Assembly (NCBI GenBank): GCA_027001995.1
Contig: JALTLO010000200.1
Span: 72,028 to 88,856, forward strand
Source: Planctomycetota bacterium
Lineage (GTDB): Bacteria > Planctomycetota > GCA-002687715 > DRQF01
Length of the DNA stretch: 16,829 bases
Reading direction: 5' to 3'
Shown: positions 1-8,399 of the stretch, in pieces
Position numbering within the stretch: the stretch's first letter is position 1
Layout: each line of letters begins with the position of its first letter
Program-made: the position numbers and the translations under genes
The notes under the pieces: generated by a model
What the model saw: the letters and a program-made list of their open reading frames with translations, nothing else
Databases searched by the model: none
Told to the model about the DNA's origin: nothing

Positions 1-2883
1 CTTCTCAAAAGGGCACTTGAGTTAGAAGGCCATTTCGCTGGAGCGTGGAACACCCTCTTCGGCACCCTAAAAAGACGGGGGAAGCGTGATGTGGCAAAAG
101 AGGCCATGAAGACCTTCATGCTCTACTCTGACTCCCTTCCCGAGCAGTCCAAACGCCTCTCGCTCATCTATAACTTCATGGGAGCCTACGCCTCTTGCAT
201 ACGCGAGCTTGACCTTCATCTCCCCTATGAGACTAGCTCCCAGGTGACCATCGACTTTGAGTCCCCCAGGAGGAGTGAAGAACAAAAACCCAGAACCACA
301 GCCCTTGTGGCCCCATCAGCCAATGACATTGACGGTGATGGGAAAAGCGAGTTCCTCATGGAGGGCCAGATCTTCGTGCCCGAAGGGAGGAAACTCGTCA
401 ACGTATCGCGCAAGTGGAAAATGCCGGAGAACAACAATATTTTGGGCAGCCTCGTGGGAGACCTCAATCATGATCGGCATCAAGATGTCCTCCTTTTTGG
501 TAACTCGGGAATCACAAGTTTGATCAACCATGGCGATGACCTAGTTGATACCCGTCTCTGGGAGAACCCGGAATCTAGCACAGCAGATGTTCAGGTTGCT
601 GACGTGGATCACGACGGTGACCTCGACATTATCTCCTCTTCAGGGATCTATTCGAATCTGCGTCCAACCATCTACGAAGACGTTAGGGAAGGAAAGACAG
701 CGTTTCGCTTCATGCCCTGGAAGAAACTACACCCGGCAGCAGCGGACTACCCCTACACTTGTTTGATCGACATCGATCGAGATGGCGACTTGGACATCGT
801 GCGTTCCTCCAAGACAAAAGATGCCATCATCCTGATCAACAACAGACTTTGGCGTTTTCAATTGCTCAAAGAGATGCCTCTTCCAGGAGTCCGAGGGCCA
901 CTCAGTCTTGCAGACTTCGATTTGGACGGAAAACAAGACCTCTTCGTTCCGGGTCCATGTTCACCTTCAGCACTGAAAAGCGGCGAAAACGCCCGTATCA
1001 TGGTGAACCATTTTCCGGCTCCATTTGTCCCCGTTTACGTCAGAACCGCCTCCTCCATCGATAGCACAGGAACGCTCATCCTCAGTCCCTATGACCTTGA
1101 CAACGATGGTGACTACGACATCGTTTTAACATCTCCCCAAGGGGAAGTGTTTGTGGCAACAACAGATGGCGGAAAGGCCACAATCATCAAGAAGATTGAT
1201 GGGTATTGGGGGCAACCAATTTGCCGGGACATCGATGGCGACGGGCTTTTGGACATGGCACTGTCAAACCGTCAATCAAAGACAGCTTGTTGGATTAAGA
1301 ACACCACCGAAAACGGCGGGAATTATGTTCGAATCCAACTCAAGGGCAAACGATCCAACGGCAATGCTTCTAGTTGGAGCAATGAATTCGGAGCCGGAGC
1401 CTTCTTGGAACTGAGGGCCGGTGGACGAGCCTTCTACGTCGACTATCACGTCAGAAACGGCAACAGTCAAACTCAAGGAAACGTTTTACACGTGGGCATC
1501 GGTCACGCTGAGAAAGTCGAATCGATCCGCGTTCTTTGGCCGGACTTCGTCCTGCAGAATGAAGCAGGAGGTGCGGCCAATCAAACGATCACATACGAAG
1601 AAGTCAACCGTAAGGCTTCCTCTTGCCCCGTCCTTTTCAAGTACTCCGGCACAGGAGAATCCTTTGAATTCATCACAGATTTCCTTGGTGTCGGCGGACT
1701 GGGATTCTTCATGGAGCCCGATACTTACGCACCGGCGGACAACAACGAAACTGTACGCATCGGCGATCTCCCAGAGAAGAACGGACGCTTGGAACTGCGC
1801 ATCTGCGAACCAATGGAAGAGATCACCTACCTGGATCAAATTCGTCTCATCGCAGTCGACCACCCAATGGAAATGGAGATTCAAGCTGACGAGAGGCTAG
1901 CCACAAGTGCCCCAGATCCAACAGGGAAACCCCAGGCATTTAAGGAGACGTTCCTTCCCACCCAGGGTCTGACAAACCTAGGCAACGATTGTTTGGCCGA
2001 ATTGAAGGAAAATGATCGGGTCTATCAACCAGATCTCATACCTGACAAAAGATTCGTCGGCTACTTACAATCCGAGCATAGCGTCTCCCTTGGTTTTGAT
2101 TTTGACACCATCCGAAAGCGAAGACCAAGCCCTCAGTCTCGCCTCATCTTGCTCCTGGACGGATGGGTTGAATATCCCTATTCCCACGTCAACTACGCTG
2201 CCTGGGAAGCCGGTGTGAGGGGCGAGTCCCTCAGTATCGATAAATCCGATGATGGCCAGCACTGGGTCCAGGTCATCGCCAAAGCCGGTTATCCAGGAGG
2301 TATGACACGTTGCATGTCCCTGGATGTCACAAAAATTCTCAAAGGATCTCCACAAGCGATTCGATTGCGAACCAACTTGGAGATCCACATGGACAGAGTG
2401 CGCCTGGCTTGGGAGGAGAGCCCGGATTCCATGGTGATCCATCAAAGAGAATTCAGTCAGATAAAACTGGGTTGGCGAGGTTATCCCAAGGAGAAGTCCC
2501 TGGATGGCAAAGAACCCAAGATCTACGATTACCAAGACTGTAGCGATGACTTTGATTGGAAGTCAATGAGGGGCAGGTTTACCGCTTATGGCGACGTGAG
2601 GACTCTCTTAGGAAGTGCTGACGGAAAACTCGTCATCATGAATCACGGGGAGGAACTTTCCTTGTCGCTGGAGACCTCTGCCTTTCCTCCCTGTCCCCCG
2701 GGGTGGAAGCGTACATTTTTCATAAAAACCGTCGGTTGGTGCAAAGACATGGACCCCTATACAGCCTTCCCCGACACCGTCGCACCCATGCCACCTGACG
2801 AAGAAAATACCTATCCAGAACATAGTCCAACTCAACGCACGGCCATCGGGAGTGAAAGACAACTTTCGGGAACTTTCCGCTGA
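1..2883 (+). CDS. TPR + FG-GAP repeat + ASPIC/UnbV (CRTAC1-like) protein with a long C-terminal domain; 5'-truncated by the window
   Basis: Frame 1 is open from base 1 (LLKRALELEGHFAGAWNTLFGTLKRRGKRDVAKEAMKTF, TPR-like), so the GTG at 91 is probably internal. There are seven DxDxDG-type motifs (DIDGDG, DLNHDR, DVDHDG, DIDRDG, DFDLDG, DLDNDG, DIDGDG), then an ASPIC/UnbV-like segment (NYVRIQLKG...SNEFGAGAFLEL...LHVGIG...SIRVLWP), then about 420 aa starting SSCPVLF. Stop TGA at 2881-2883. Confidence 0.85.
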   Translation, partial: LLKRALELEGHFAGAWNTLFGTLKRRGKRDVAKEAMKTFMLYSDSLPEQSKRLSLIYNFMGAYASCIRELDLHLPYETSSQVTIDFESPRRSEEQKPRTTALVAPSANDIDGDGKSEFLMEGQIFVPEGRKLVNVSRKWKMPENNNILGSLVGDLNHDRHQDVLLFGNSGITSLINHGDDLVDTRLWENPESSTADVQVADVDHDGDLDIISSSGIYSNLRPTIYEDVREGKTAFRFMPWKKLHPAAADYPYTCLIDIDRDGDLDIVRSSKTKDAIILINNRLWRFQLLKEMPLPGVRGPLSLADFDLDGKQDLFVPGPCSPSALKSGENARIMVNHFPAPFVPVYVRTASSIDSTGTLILSPYDLDNDGDYDIVLTSPQGEVFVATTDGGKATIIKKIDGYWGQPICRDIDGDGLLDMALSNRQSKTACWIKNTTENGGNYVRIQLKGKRSNGNASSWSNEFGAGAFLELRAGGRAFYVDYHVRNGNSQTQGNVLHVGIGHAEKVESIRVLWPDFVLQNEAGGAANQTITYEEVNRKASSCPVLFKYSGTGESFEFITDFLGVGGLGFFMEPDTYAPADNNETVRIGDLPEKNGRLELRICEPMEEITYLDQIRLIAVDHPMEMEIQADERLATSAPDPTGKPQAFKETFLPTQGLTNLGNDCLAELKENDRVYQPDLIPDKRFVGYLQSEHSVSLGFDFDTIRKRRPSPQSRLILLLDGWVEYPYSHVNYAAWEAGVRGESLSIDKSDDGQHWVQVIAKAGYPGGMTRCMSLDVTKILKGSPQAIRLRTNLEIHMDRVRLAWEESPDSMVIHQREFSQIKLGWRGYPKEKSLDGKEPKIYDYQDCSDDFDWKSMRGRFTAYGDVRTLLGSADGKLVIMNHGEELSLSLETSAFPPCPPGWKRTFFIKTVGWCKDMDPYTAFPDTVAPMPPDEENTYPEHSPTQRTAIGSERQLSGTFR

Positions 2884-2940
2884 CGGGCAGCGAAGTTTTC
2901 TCTAAGTTCTCTTGGTCCCTTGTATATTGAAGGAAAATTC

Positions 2941-4740
2941 ATGATTCGTTTCGTAGTCTTATCTGTCATCTTGTCGTCATTCGTTGCTGGTCAATCCATG
3001 GGTGATGACATGACTCCCTTGGGCCTCAACTATGAGTTACGGGTCTTAGAAGACACCCAAACTCTCCAGGTCACAATGAATATCCAGAATACCAAGAGAC
3101 GTCGCACCTATGTGGCCATGCCCAACTGGACCCCAGGCTCTTATCGCCCACAAAAATTTGGATCTTGGGTCAGCCAAGTTCAAGCCCTTGACCCCCAGAC
3201 CGGCATGAAAATTCCTGTGGAGCAAATCGACCCGTTGACTTGGAGTATCGACACCTCCGAGAACAAAGACATCAAGGTCACCTATGTCATCGAACCCCGA
3301 CGACGTCGATTCTCACCCATCGCCCCCAAAGAAGGCGTCACCACAACTGGCATGCACTATGAAGGACCAGCGACTTTCATGTACGTCCAAGGGCACCAAA
3401 GAGGAACACCCATATCCTGCAAATACGTTCTGCCTCAGGGATGGAAAGTTGCCAATGGCATGATGATTGGCGACAATGAAATGACGCGCTACGTGCGAGA
3501 CTACGACACCTTCGTCGACTGCCCTACCATCATCGGGATCTTCGACCGAGTTGAGTTCAGCGTCAATGGAACCCCCTTCTCTTGCGTATTCTGGAATCCT
3601 CAAAGCAAGAACAATTGGGATATCAAAGGTTTCACCAACAAGATTGTAAAACCCATCGTCACCGAAGAAGGTCGCGTTTTCGGATCGTTTCCTTTTCCTC
3701 GATACGTCTTTTTGTTCACTGTTTCGCCCTTCGGCGGCGGCGGTTTAGAACACCTCAGCTCCACCAGCATCGGATTGAGTTCCCGGGGCATGGCCAACAA
3801 CATCAAAAGCGGAGCGTCCATCACGGCCCACGAGTTCTTCCACACTTGGAACGTCAAGCGCATACGTCCTGTGGCTTTGGGCCCTTTCAATTACCGCCAA
3901 GAGAACTACACCGGCAACCTTTGGGTTTCTGAAGGTTGGACCTCTTACTACGGAGACATCACCCTTGCCCGTTTGGGAATCATTTCGGAAGAAAGTTACT
4001 TGCGACAAATCAATGGGGGCATCACCCGTGAAATGAGCAACCCCAATCGGCAAAACCACTCCGTGTTCTGGGCTAGCCGAGATATTTGGCACCGCGGTCG
4101 AGTCAAGGACGCCGGGGCCCGAGTCGATTATTATACCTATGGGGAACTCATGGGACTTCTCATCGACCTCAAAATTCGTCACCAATCCAACAACAAGAAA
4201 TCTCTCGACGACGTCATGCAATTCTTGAATCGTTGGTTCGCCCAACGAGACGTTGGCTTCGAGGAGGATGATGTGGAACGCGCTTGTACCGCCATTAGCA
4301 ATTACGATTTCTCCGATTTCTTTGCCCGTCACATATACGGCACTGTGCCCCCACCCTTTGCCGAGTACTTTTCCTTAGCGGGCATTGAATACAAACAGAC
4401 GAATCTCAAAGTGGGCTTTCCATTGATAGTTCGAGACCACAAGAATGGGCTCGAAGTAAGAGCAGCCAGAAGTGCGGGCAGAAGAGCCGGTCTCAAGCGA
4501 GGTGACATCATCACCAAAATCGACGGCAAAAAAGTCGTGGACTACGTCACCTACTTGTCCAAGATCGAAAGTCCCAAAACTGTGGCCTTGACCGTGAGGA
4601 GCAAAGGAGAGAATAAGCCCAAAGTTATCGAGCTAGATTTGGTCACAAAAACAAGGCATATTTCATCCCTAAAACCGATGAAATCCATGTCCCGCCAACA
4701 GAAGGCAATTTATCGGGGCTGGATGGCCAAGCACCTCTGA
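2941..4740 (+). CDS. M61 family (glycyl aminopeptidase-like) zinc metallopeptidase with C-terminal PDZ domain, secreted
   Basis: ATG at 2941 is preceded by GAAGGA and followed by a signal-peptide-like N-terminus (MIRFVVLSVILSSFVAG). Motifs: MPNWTPGSY, GGGLEH, HEFFH (3829-3843), WNVKRIRP, LWVSEGWTSYY, and PDZ-like AGLKRGDIITKIDG. Confidence 0.92.
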   Translation: MIRFVVLSVILSSFVAGQSMGDDMTPLGLNYELRVLEDTQTLQVTMNIQNTKRRRTYVAMPNWTPGSYRPQKFGSWVSQVQALDPQTGMKIPVEQIDPLTWSIDTSENKDIKVTYVIEPRRRRFSPIAPKEGVTTTGMHYEGPATFMYVQGHQRGTPISCKYVLPQGWKVANGMMIGDNEMTRYVRDYDTFVDCPTIIGIFDRVEFSVNGTPFSCVFWNPQSKNNWDIKGFTNKIVKPIVTEEGRVFGSFPFPRYVFLFTVSPFGGGGLEHLSSTSIGLSSRGMANNIKSGASITAHEFFHTWNVKRIRPVALGPFNYRQENYTGNLWVSEGWTSYYGDITLARLGIISEESYLRQINGGITREMSNPNRQNHSVFWASRDIWHRGRVKDAGARVDYYTYGELMGLLIDLKIRHQSNNKKSLDDVMQFLNRWFAQRDVGFEEDDVERACTAISNYDFSDFFARHIYGTVPPPFAEYFSLAGIEYKQTNLKVGFPLIVRDHKNGLEVRAARSAGRRAGLKRGDIITKIDGKKVVDYVTYLSKIESPKTVALTVRSKGENKPKVIELDLVTKTRHISSLKPMKSMSRQQKAIYRGWMAKHL

Positions 4741-5056
4741 CCTCCAATCAGGAAGAAGAACCCATTCTCTCTCGCCCATCCGTGACGAATTGCCTCATGT
4801 CGTCTTTGTCCCCATTGGGGCTGAGGGAGTTTGGGGGGAAGCCTTCAGATGCATGAATACCCAATCACTCCTCATGCCTTGACCTCGAACGCTCTGCAAT
4901 CCAGCGCCCACAATCTCATGAATAAGATGGGCAAAGATCAAATCTTCTCGCGAAAACTCCCCGATCTTGCTAATTTCGCAGCCAGCGAAAAGTCAAAATA
5001 AACGAATATCAAAACCCAATCCCACGCCGCCATTATCAGAGAAAACAAAAAATACC

Positions 5057-6133
5057 ATGAATAAGATCAAGCTAAGCCCGGGAATCATCTACGGCAAGAA
5101 GCTGCGCACATTGTTCAGCGAAATGAAAAAAGTGAACGCAGCACTTCCAGCGGTCAACATAATCGGCTCTCACAGCGCAAACGCAGCTCTTCAAGCTGCT
5201 AAGGAAGTGGGCTGCCCCATCATCATCCAACTTTCCAATGGCGGCGCACACTTCTACGCCGGAAAAGCTCTCTCAAACGAAGAACAAAGGGCAGCGATTG
5301 CAGGAGGTGTTGCTGGAGCCCATCATCTGCGCCTCATGGCAGAATCCTACGGCGTCCCCGTGATCATTCATACAGACCATGCAGCCAAGAAGCTCCTTCC
5401 ATGGATCGATGGCTTGTTGGATGCAGGGGAAGCCTACTACGAAGCTCATGGCCAGCCACTCTACAGTTCTCACATGTTAGATCTCTCCGAAGAACCTTTG
5501 CAAGAGAACCTGGACATCTGCGCCACCTACTTGACGCGAATGAACAAGATCGAAATGGCTTTGGAGATCGAGTTAGGTGTCACTGGGGGCGAAGAAGATG
5601 GGGTCGACAATAGCGATGTCGATGACTCTAAGCTTTACACTCAGCCCAGCGAGGTTTTGGCCTCTTATGACAAGTTGCATGATCTTGGCCACTTCACATG
5701 TGCCGCTTCCTTTGGCAACACCCATGGCGTCTACAAACCCGGAAATGTGAAGCTGACCCCGAAGATCCTGCTGAACAGTCAAAAAGAAATACAAGAGAAA
5801 CGTGGCACCGGACACAATCCCGTAGATTTCGTCTTCCATGGAGGTTCCGGTTCCTCACCAGAGGAAATCGCCGAGGGTGTCTCCTATGGCGTCATCAAGA
5901 TGAACATTGATACCGATACTCAATGGGCCTTCACTCATGCCATCAAGTCTTACATGGACGAGAAGAACCCCTACCTCTTGTCACAAATCGGCAACCCTGA
6001 TGGTGACGACAAACCGAACAAGAAATACTTGGACCCTCGTGTTTGGACACATCTGGGCGAGAAGAATATGACTGCCCGCCTGGTGCAGGCCTTCTCAGAC
6101 CTGGGCGCCACTGGTAAATTCGAAATCGTTTAA
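5057..6133 (+). CDS. fbaA: Class II fructose-bisphosphate aldolase (FbaA type)
   Basis: 358 aa from ATG 5057. Motifs LPAVN, IIQLSNGGA, HTDHAAKKLLPWIDG, SSHMLDLSEE, LEIELGVTGGEEDGVDN, FGNTHGVYKPGNV, FVFHGGSGS, KMNIDTDTQ and PNKKYLDPRVW. Confidence 0.97.
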   Translation: MNKIKLSPGIIYGKKLRTLFSEMKKVNAALPAVNIIGSHSANAALQAAKEVGCPIIIQLSNGGAHFYAGKALSNEEQRAAIAGGVAGAHHLRLMAESYGVPVIIHTDHAAKKLLPWIDGLLDAGEAYYEAHGQPLYSSHMLDLSEEPLQENLDICATYLTRMNKIEMALEIELGVTGGEEDGVDNSDVDDSKLYTQPSEVLASYDKLHDLGHFTCAASFGNTHGVYKPGNVKLTPKILLNSQKEIQEKRGTGHNPVDFVFHGGSGSSPEEIAEGVSYGVIKMNIDTDTQWAFTHAIKSYMDEKNPYLLSQIGNPDGDDKPNKKYLDPRVWTHLGEKNMTARLVQAFSDLGATGKFEIV

Positions 6134-6145
6134 CGAATCAACAAT

Positions 6146-6180
6146 GGAGACCGTGGCCACTCACAATGGTCACGGTTTTC
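6146..6180 (+). terminator. Intrinsic terminator-like hairpin between convergent fbaA and the DUF5916-like gene
   Basis: GGAGACCGTGGCCA (6146-6159), loop CTCACAA, TGGTCACGGTTTTC (6167-6180). Up to 14 bp including G-U pairs, starting 12 nt after the fbaA stop. The T-run is short and overlaps the 3' arm. Confidence 0.65.
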
Positions 6181-6206
6181 CTGCATCTTCCTCGCCGTGG
6201 GCAATG

Positions 6207-8399
6207 CTAAAATCGAAACGTCCAGCCTAATTTTGTCGTCAGCTCTGTGCCCGTCGATTGAAATCGATCGCTCTCCACCAAGAACCCCTGATTCACAACG
6301 AAAAAGAACTCACGCCCAGGCTCAATGATCCACCGGAAACGACTGTTGATTCCCATGAGCTTGCTCACGTTGTCATACTGGATGAAGGTGTTCCATGAGA
6401 TGTCAGGAGTAAAAAGAACATTCACACGCACCCGTGCGATGTGCGTTTGAAAGGCGCCAAAATTGAGATCAATATTGTTGTTCACATACCCCAAGCTGAA
6501 AAAAAAGTGACGGGAAGGACGCCATTCAACCGTCGCCCTCAAGTCACGCCGACTTCCTTCATAGAAATCACCAAACTCTCCATCTAGTTGCAGGGACAAT
6601 GAACGTGCAGGAGAAGTGGTGATTCGAGCACCATAGCGCAGAAAAGAATACGTTCCTTGAGGAATCACAACTCCCCGAGAAATCTGAAAGTTTCGACTCA
6701 AAACCTCCCGATTCAGAATCAAAGACAGCTCAATCTCATCGCCATCTTGATTGGCAATTTTGATCGGGTTGAGTGTCAAGATTCCCGTTTGGAGTTCATT
6801 GTCTAAATCGGTGACAATGAAGAAACGAGTCTGATGTTCGAGGGTTCTGATCCAGGTTTGAGGGCGGTGCCGATAGCGTAAGTTTCCGAAATACTCTCGA
6901 ATTCCCCGGCGGCGAGTGAACCCTAAACCAGGATTGAAGTTTTCTTGAACCTCACCGAAGCCCAAGCTCCAACGCACAATGTCATTGGGGTAAGCGGCTC
7001 TGATCCCAAAGGACAGATCATCACCCCGTGCCGCTTCGCTAAAACTTTTTTGAACGTAAGCCGCACCTGTGAGCACTTTGTCCCCAAGAAACTTGCTGTT
7101 GCGGTAGTTAAAATCGATACCTGCCAAATAGTTGTAATCGTTGGTGGTTGGATCGCCGGCAGTTGAAATGAAACCGACACTCGATTCTTCAAGAACATTG
7201 TAGTTGAGTCGCGCCACAGCCAGATTCTTCGAGTCTACTCCATCGGCTTCAGCGATTTGAACATCCAAGATTCCAAGATTGAGATTGTCAACACGGCCGG
7301 TCAACTTAAGGCCCGCTAAGATATCAACTGGCCTACCAGAACGAGAAATTCCAATGCGCCGAGAAAAGAAAGGCAGTGGATCACTGCGAATACCACCGAA
7401 ACGAAAAATACCCGCATCCTGGAGAAAGAAATCTCGTTTCTCCGGAAAGAACAAAGGAAAACGCGTGAGGTTCACTCGCCTCTCGTCAACTTCCGTCTCA
7501 GCAAAGTCAGTATTGGCGGTGAATGCCGCCGTCAGGTCCGGAGTCACTTTATAGAAAATGTTGATGCTAGGTTCATAGTCAAAATTAGAACGGTCATTCA
7601 CACGATCTCTGCGATAGCGAAAAGTAAGACTAGGCCGAACATCCAATCCAACACCTTGATCCAGATCATGAAGGGCATCCAGAACCCCAGCACTCCCCAC
7701 ATCAAACAAACGGTGAAGTTGTTGGGGAGATGCCCAGCGGATCACTTCGTTCTTTCGCCGAATGAATCTCTGGATATTGAATCCCCAACTTGATCCCTGA
7801 GGATCAAAATTGATCGTCTTCATGGGTAAAGCAATCTCAGCTACCCAACCCAAATCGTCGATGGAAGATCTCCCATACCAAATGCCATCCCAGTCCCGAT
7901 TGAAGTTATTGCTATTCTCCAACAAGCCATCGACCCGAGCCCCAACGGCGTTCATCTCAAAGACAAATGCATTGCGACGATCATGATAGGTGTCCACAAT
8001 GAAACGAATATTATCGTCCGCTCCCAGATTCCCGTCTCTCAGCATCTGTGAGCTGCGAATCTTCTCAGGCTCACTGTCAAAGCAACGAATCCCCAGATAG
8101 AGAAAATCAGATGTGAAGAGAATTTTCACCTCTGTCTTTTCTGACGGTGGGCTTTTTTGCAAAGGTTCAACTTGCTTGAGATCTTTGATGACGGCTGCTG
8201 TCTTCCAGGCATCCTCATCCAAAAGACCATCAATGAGAATGGGTGATTCCGCTTGCTTGACCGTTATCTTCCACCCCAGGAGCGGAATCTCTTCGTAGAG
8301 AACTTTCTCCATCGGGTCTCGTTTTGTTGGCTGGGATGTTTGCCCCCAGAGCGGAGACAAAAAAGTCAAGAGGGCGATCAAGAAGAAAGAAACAATCAT
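6207..8399 (-). CDS. CBM9-like N-terminal domain + DUF5916-like outer-membrane beta-barrel protein
   Basis: Signal peptide; IDGLLDEDAW...TEVKI...LYLGIRCFD...WVAEIALP...WGFNIQR (CBM9-like); NTDFAETEVDERRVNLTRFPLFFPEKRDFFL and FFSRRIG (DUF5916-like). The C-terminus has alternating beta-strands and ends in an aromatic residue (KLGWTFRF). Confidence 0.85.
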   Translation of the reverse strand: MIVSFFLIALLTFLSPLWGQTSQPTKRDPMEKVLYEEIPLLGWKITVKQAESPILIDGLLDEDAWKTAAVIKDLKQVEPLQKSPPSEKTEVKILFTSDFLYLGIRCFDSEPEKIRSSQMLRDGNLGADDNIRFIVDTYHDRRNAFVFEMNAVGARVDGLLENSNNFNRDWDGIWYGRSSIDDLGWVAEIALPMKTINFDPQGSSWGFNIQRFIRRKNEVIRWASPQQLHRLFDVGSAGVLDALHDLDQGVGLDVRPSLTFRYRRDRVNDRSNFDYEPSINIFYKVTPDLTAAFTANTDFAETEVDERRVNLTRFPLFFPEKRDFFLQDAGIFRFGGIRSDPLPFFSRRIGISRSGRPVDILAGLKLTGRVDNLNLGILDVQIAEADGVDSKNLAVARLNYNVLEESSVGFISTAGDPTTNDYNYLAGIDFNYRNSKFLGDKVLTGAAYVQKSFSEAARGDDLSFGIRAAYPNDIVRWSLGFGEVQENFNPGLGFTRRRGIREYFGNLRYRHRPQTWIRTLEHQTRFFIVTDLDNELQTGILTLNPIKIANQDGDEIELSLILNREVLSRNFQISRGVVIPQGTYSFLRYGARITTSPARSLSLQLDGEFGDFYEGSRRDLRATVEWRPSRHFFFSLGYVNNNIDLNFGAFQTHIARVRVNVLFTPDISWNTFIQYDNVSKLMGINSRFRWIIEPGREFFFVVNQGFLVESDRFQSTGTELTTKLGWTFRF

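Noticed and set aside
4967..5056. TTG-started 30-aa extension of fbaA
   Set aside because: Non-family sequence; the 358-aa product from ATG 5057 matches the usual FbaA length.
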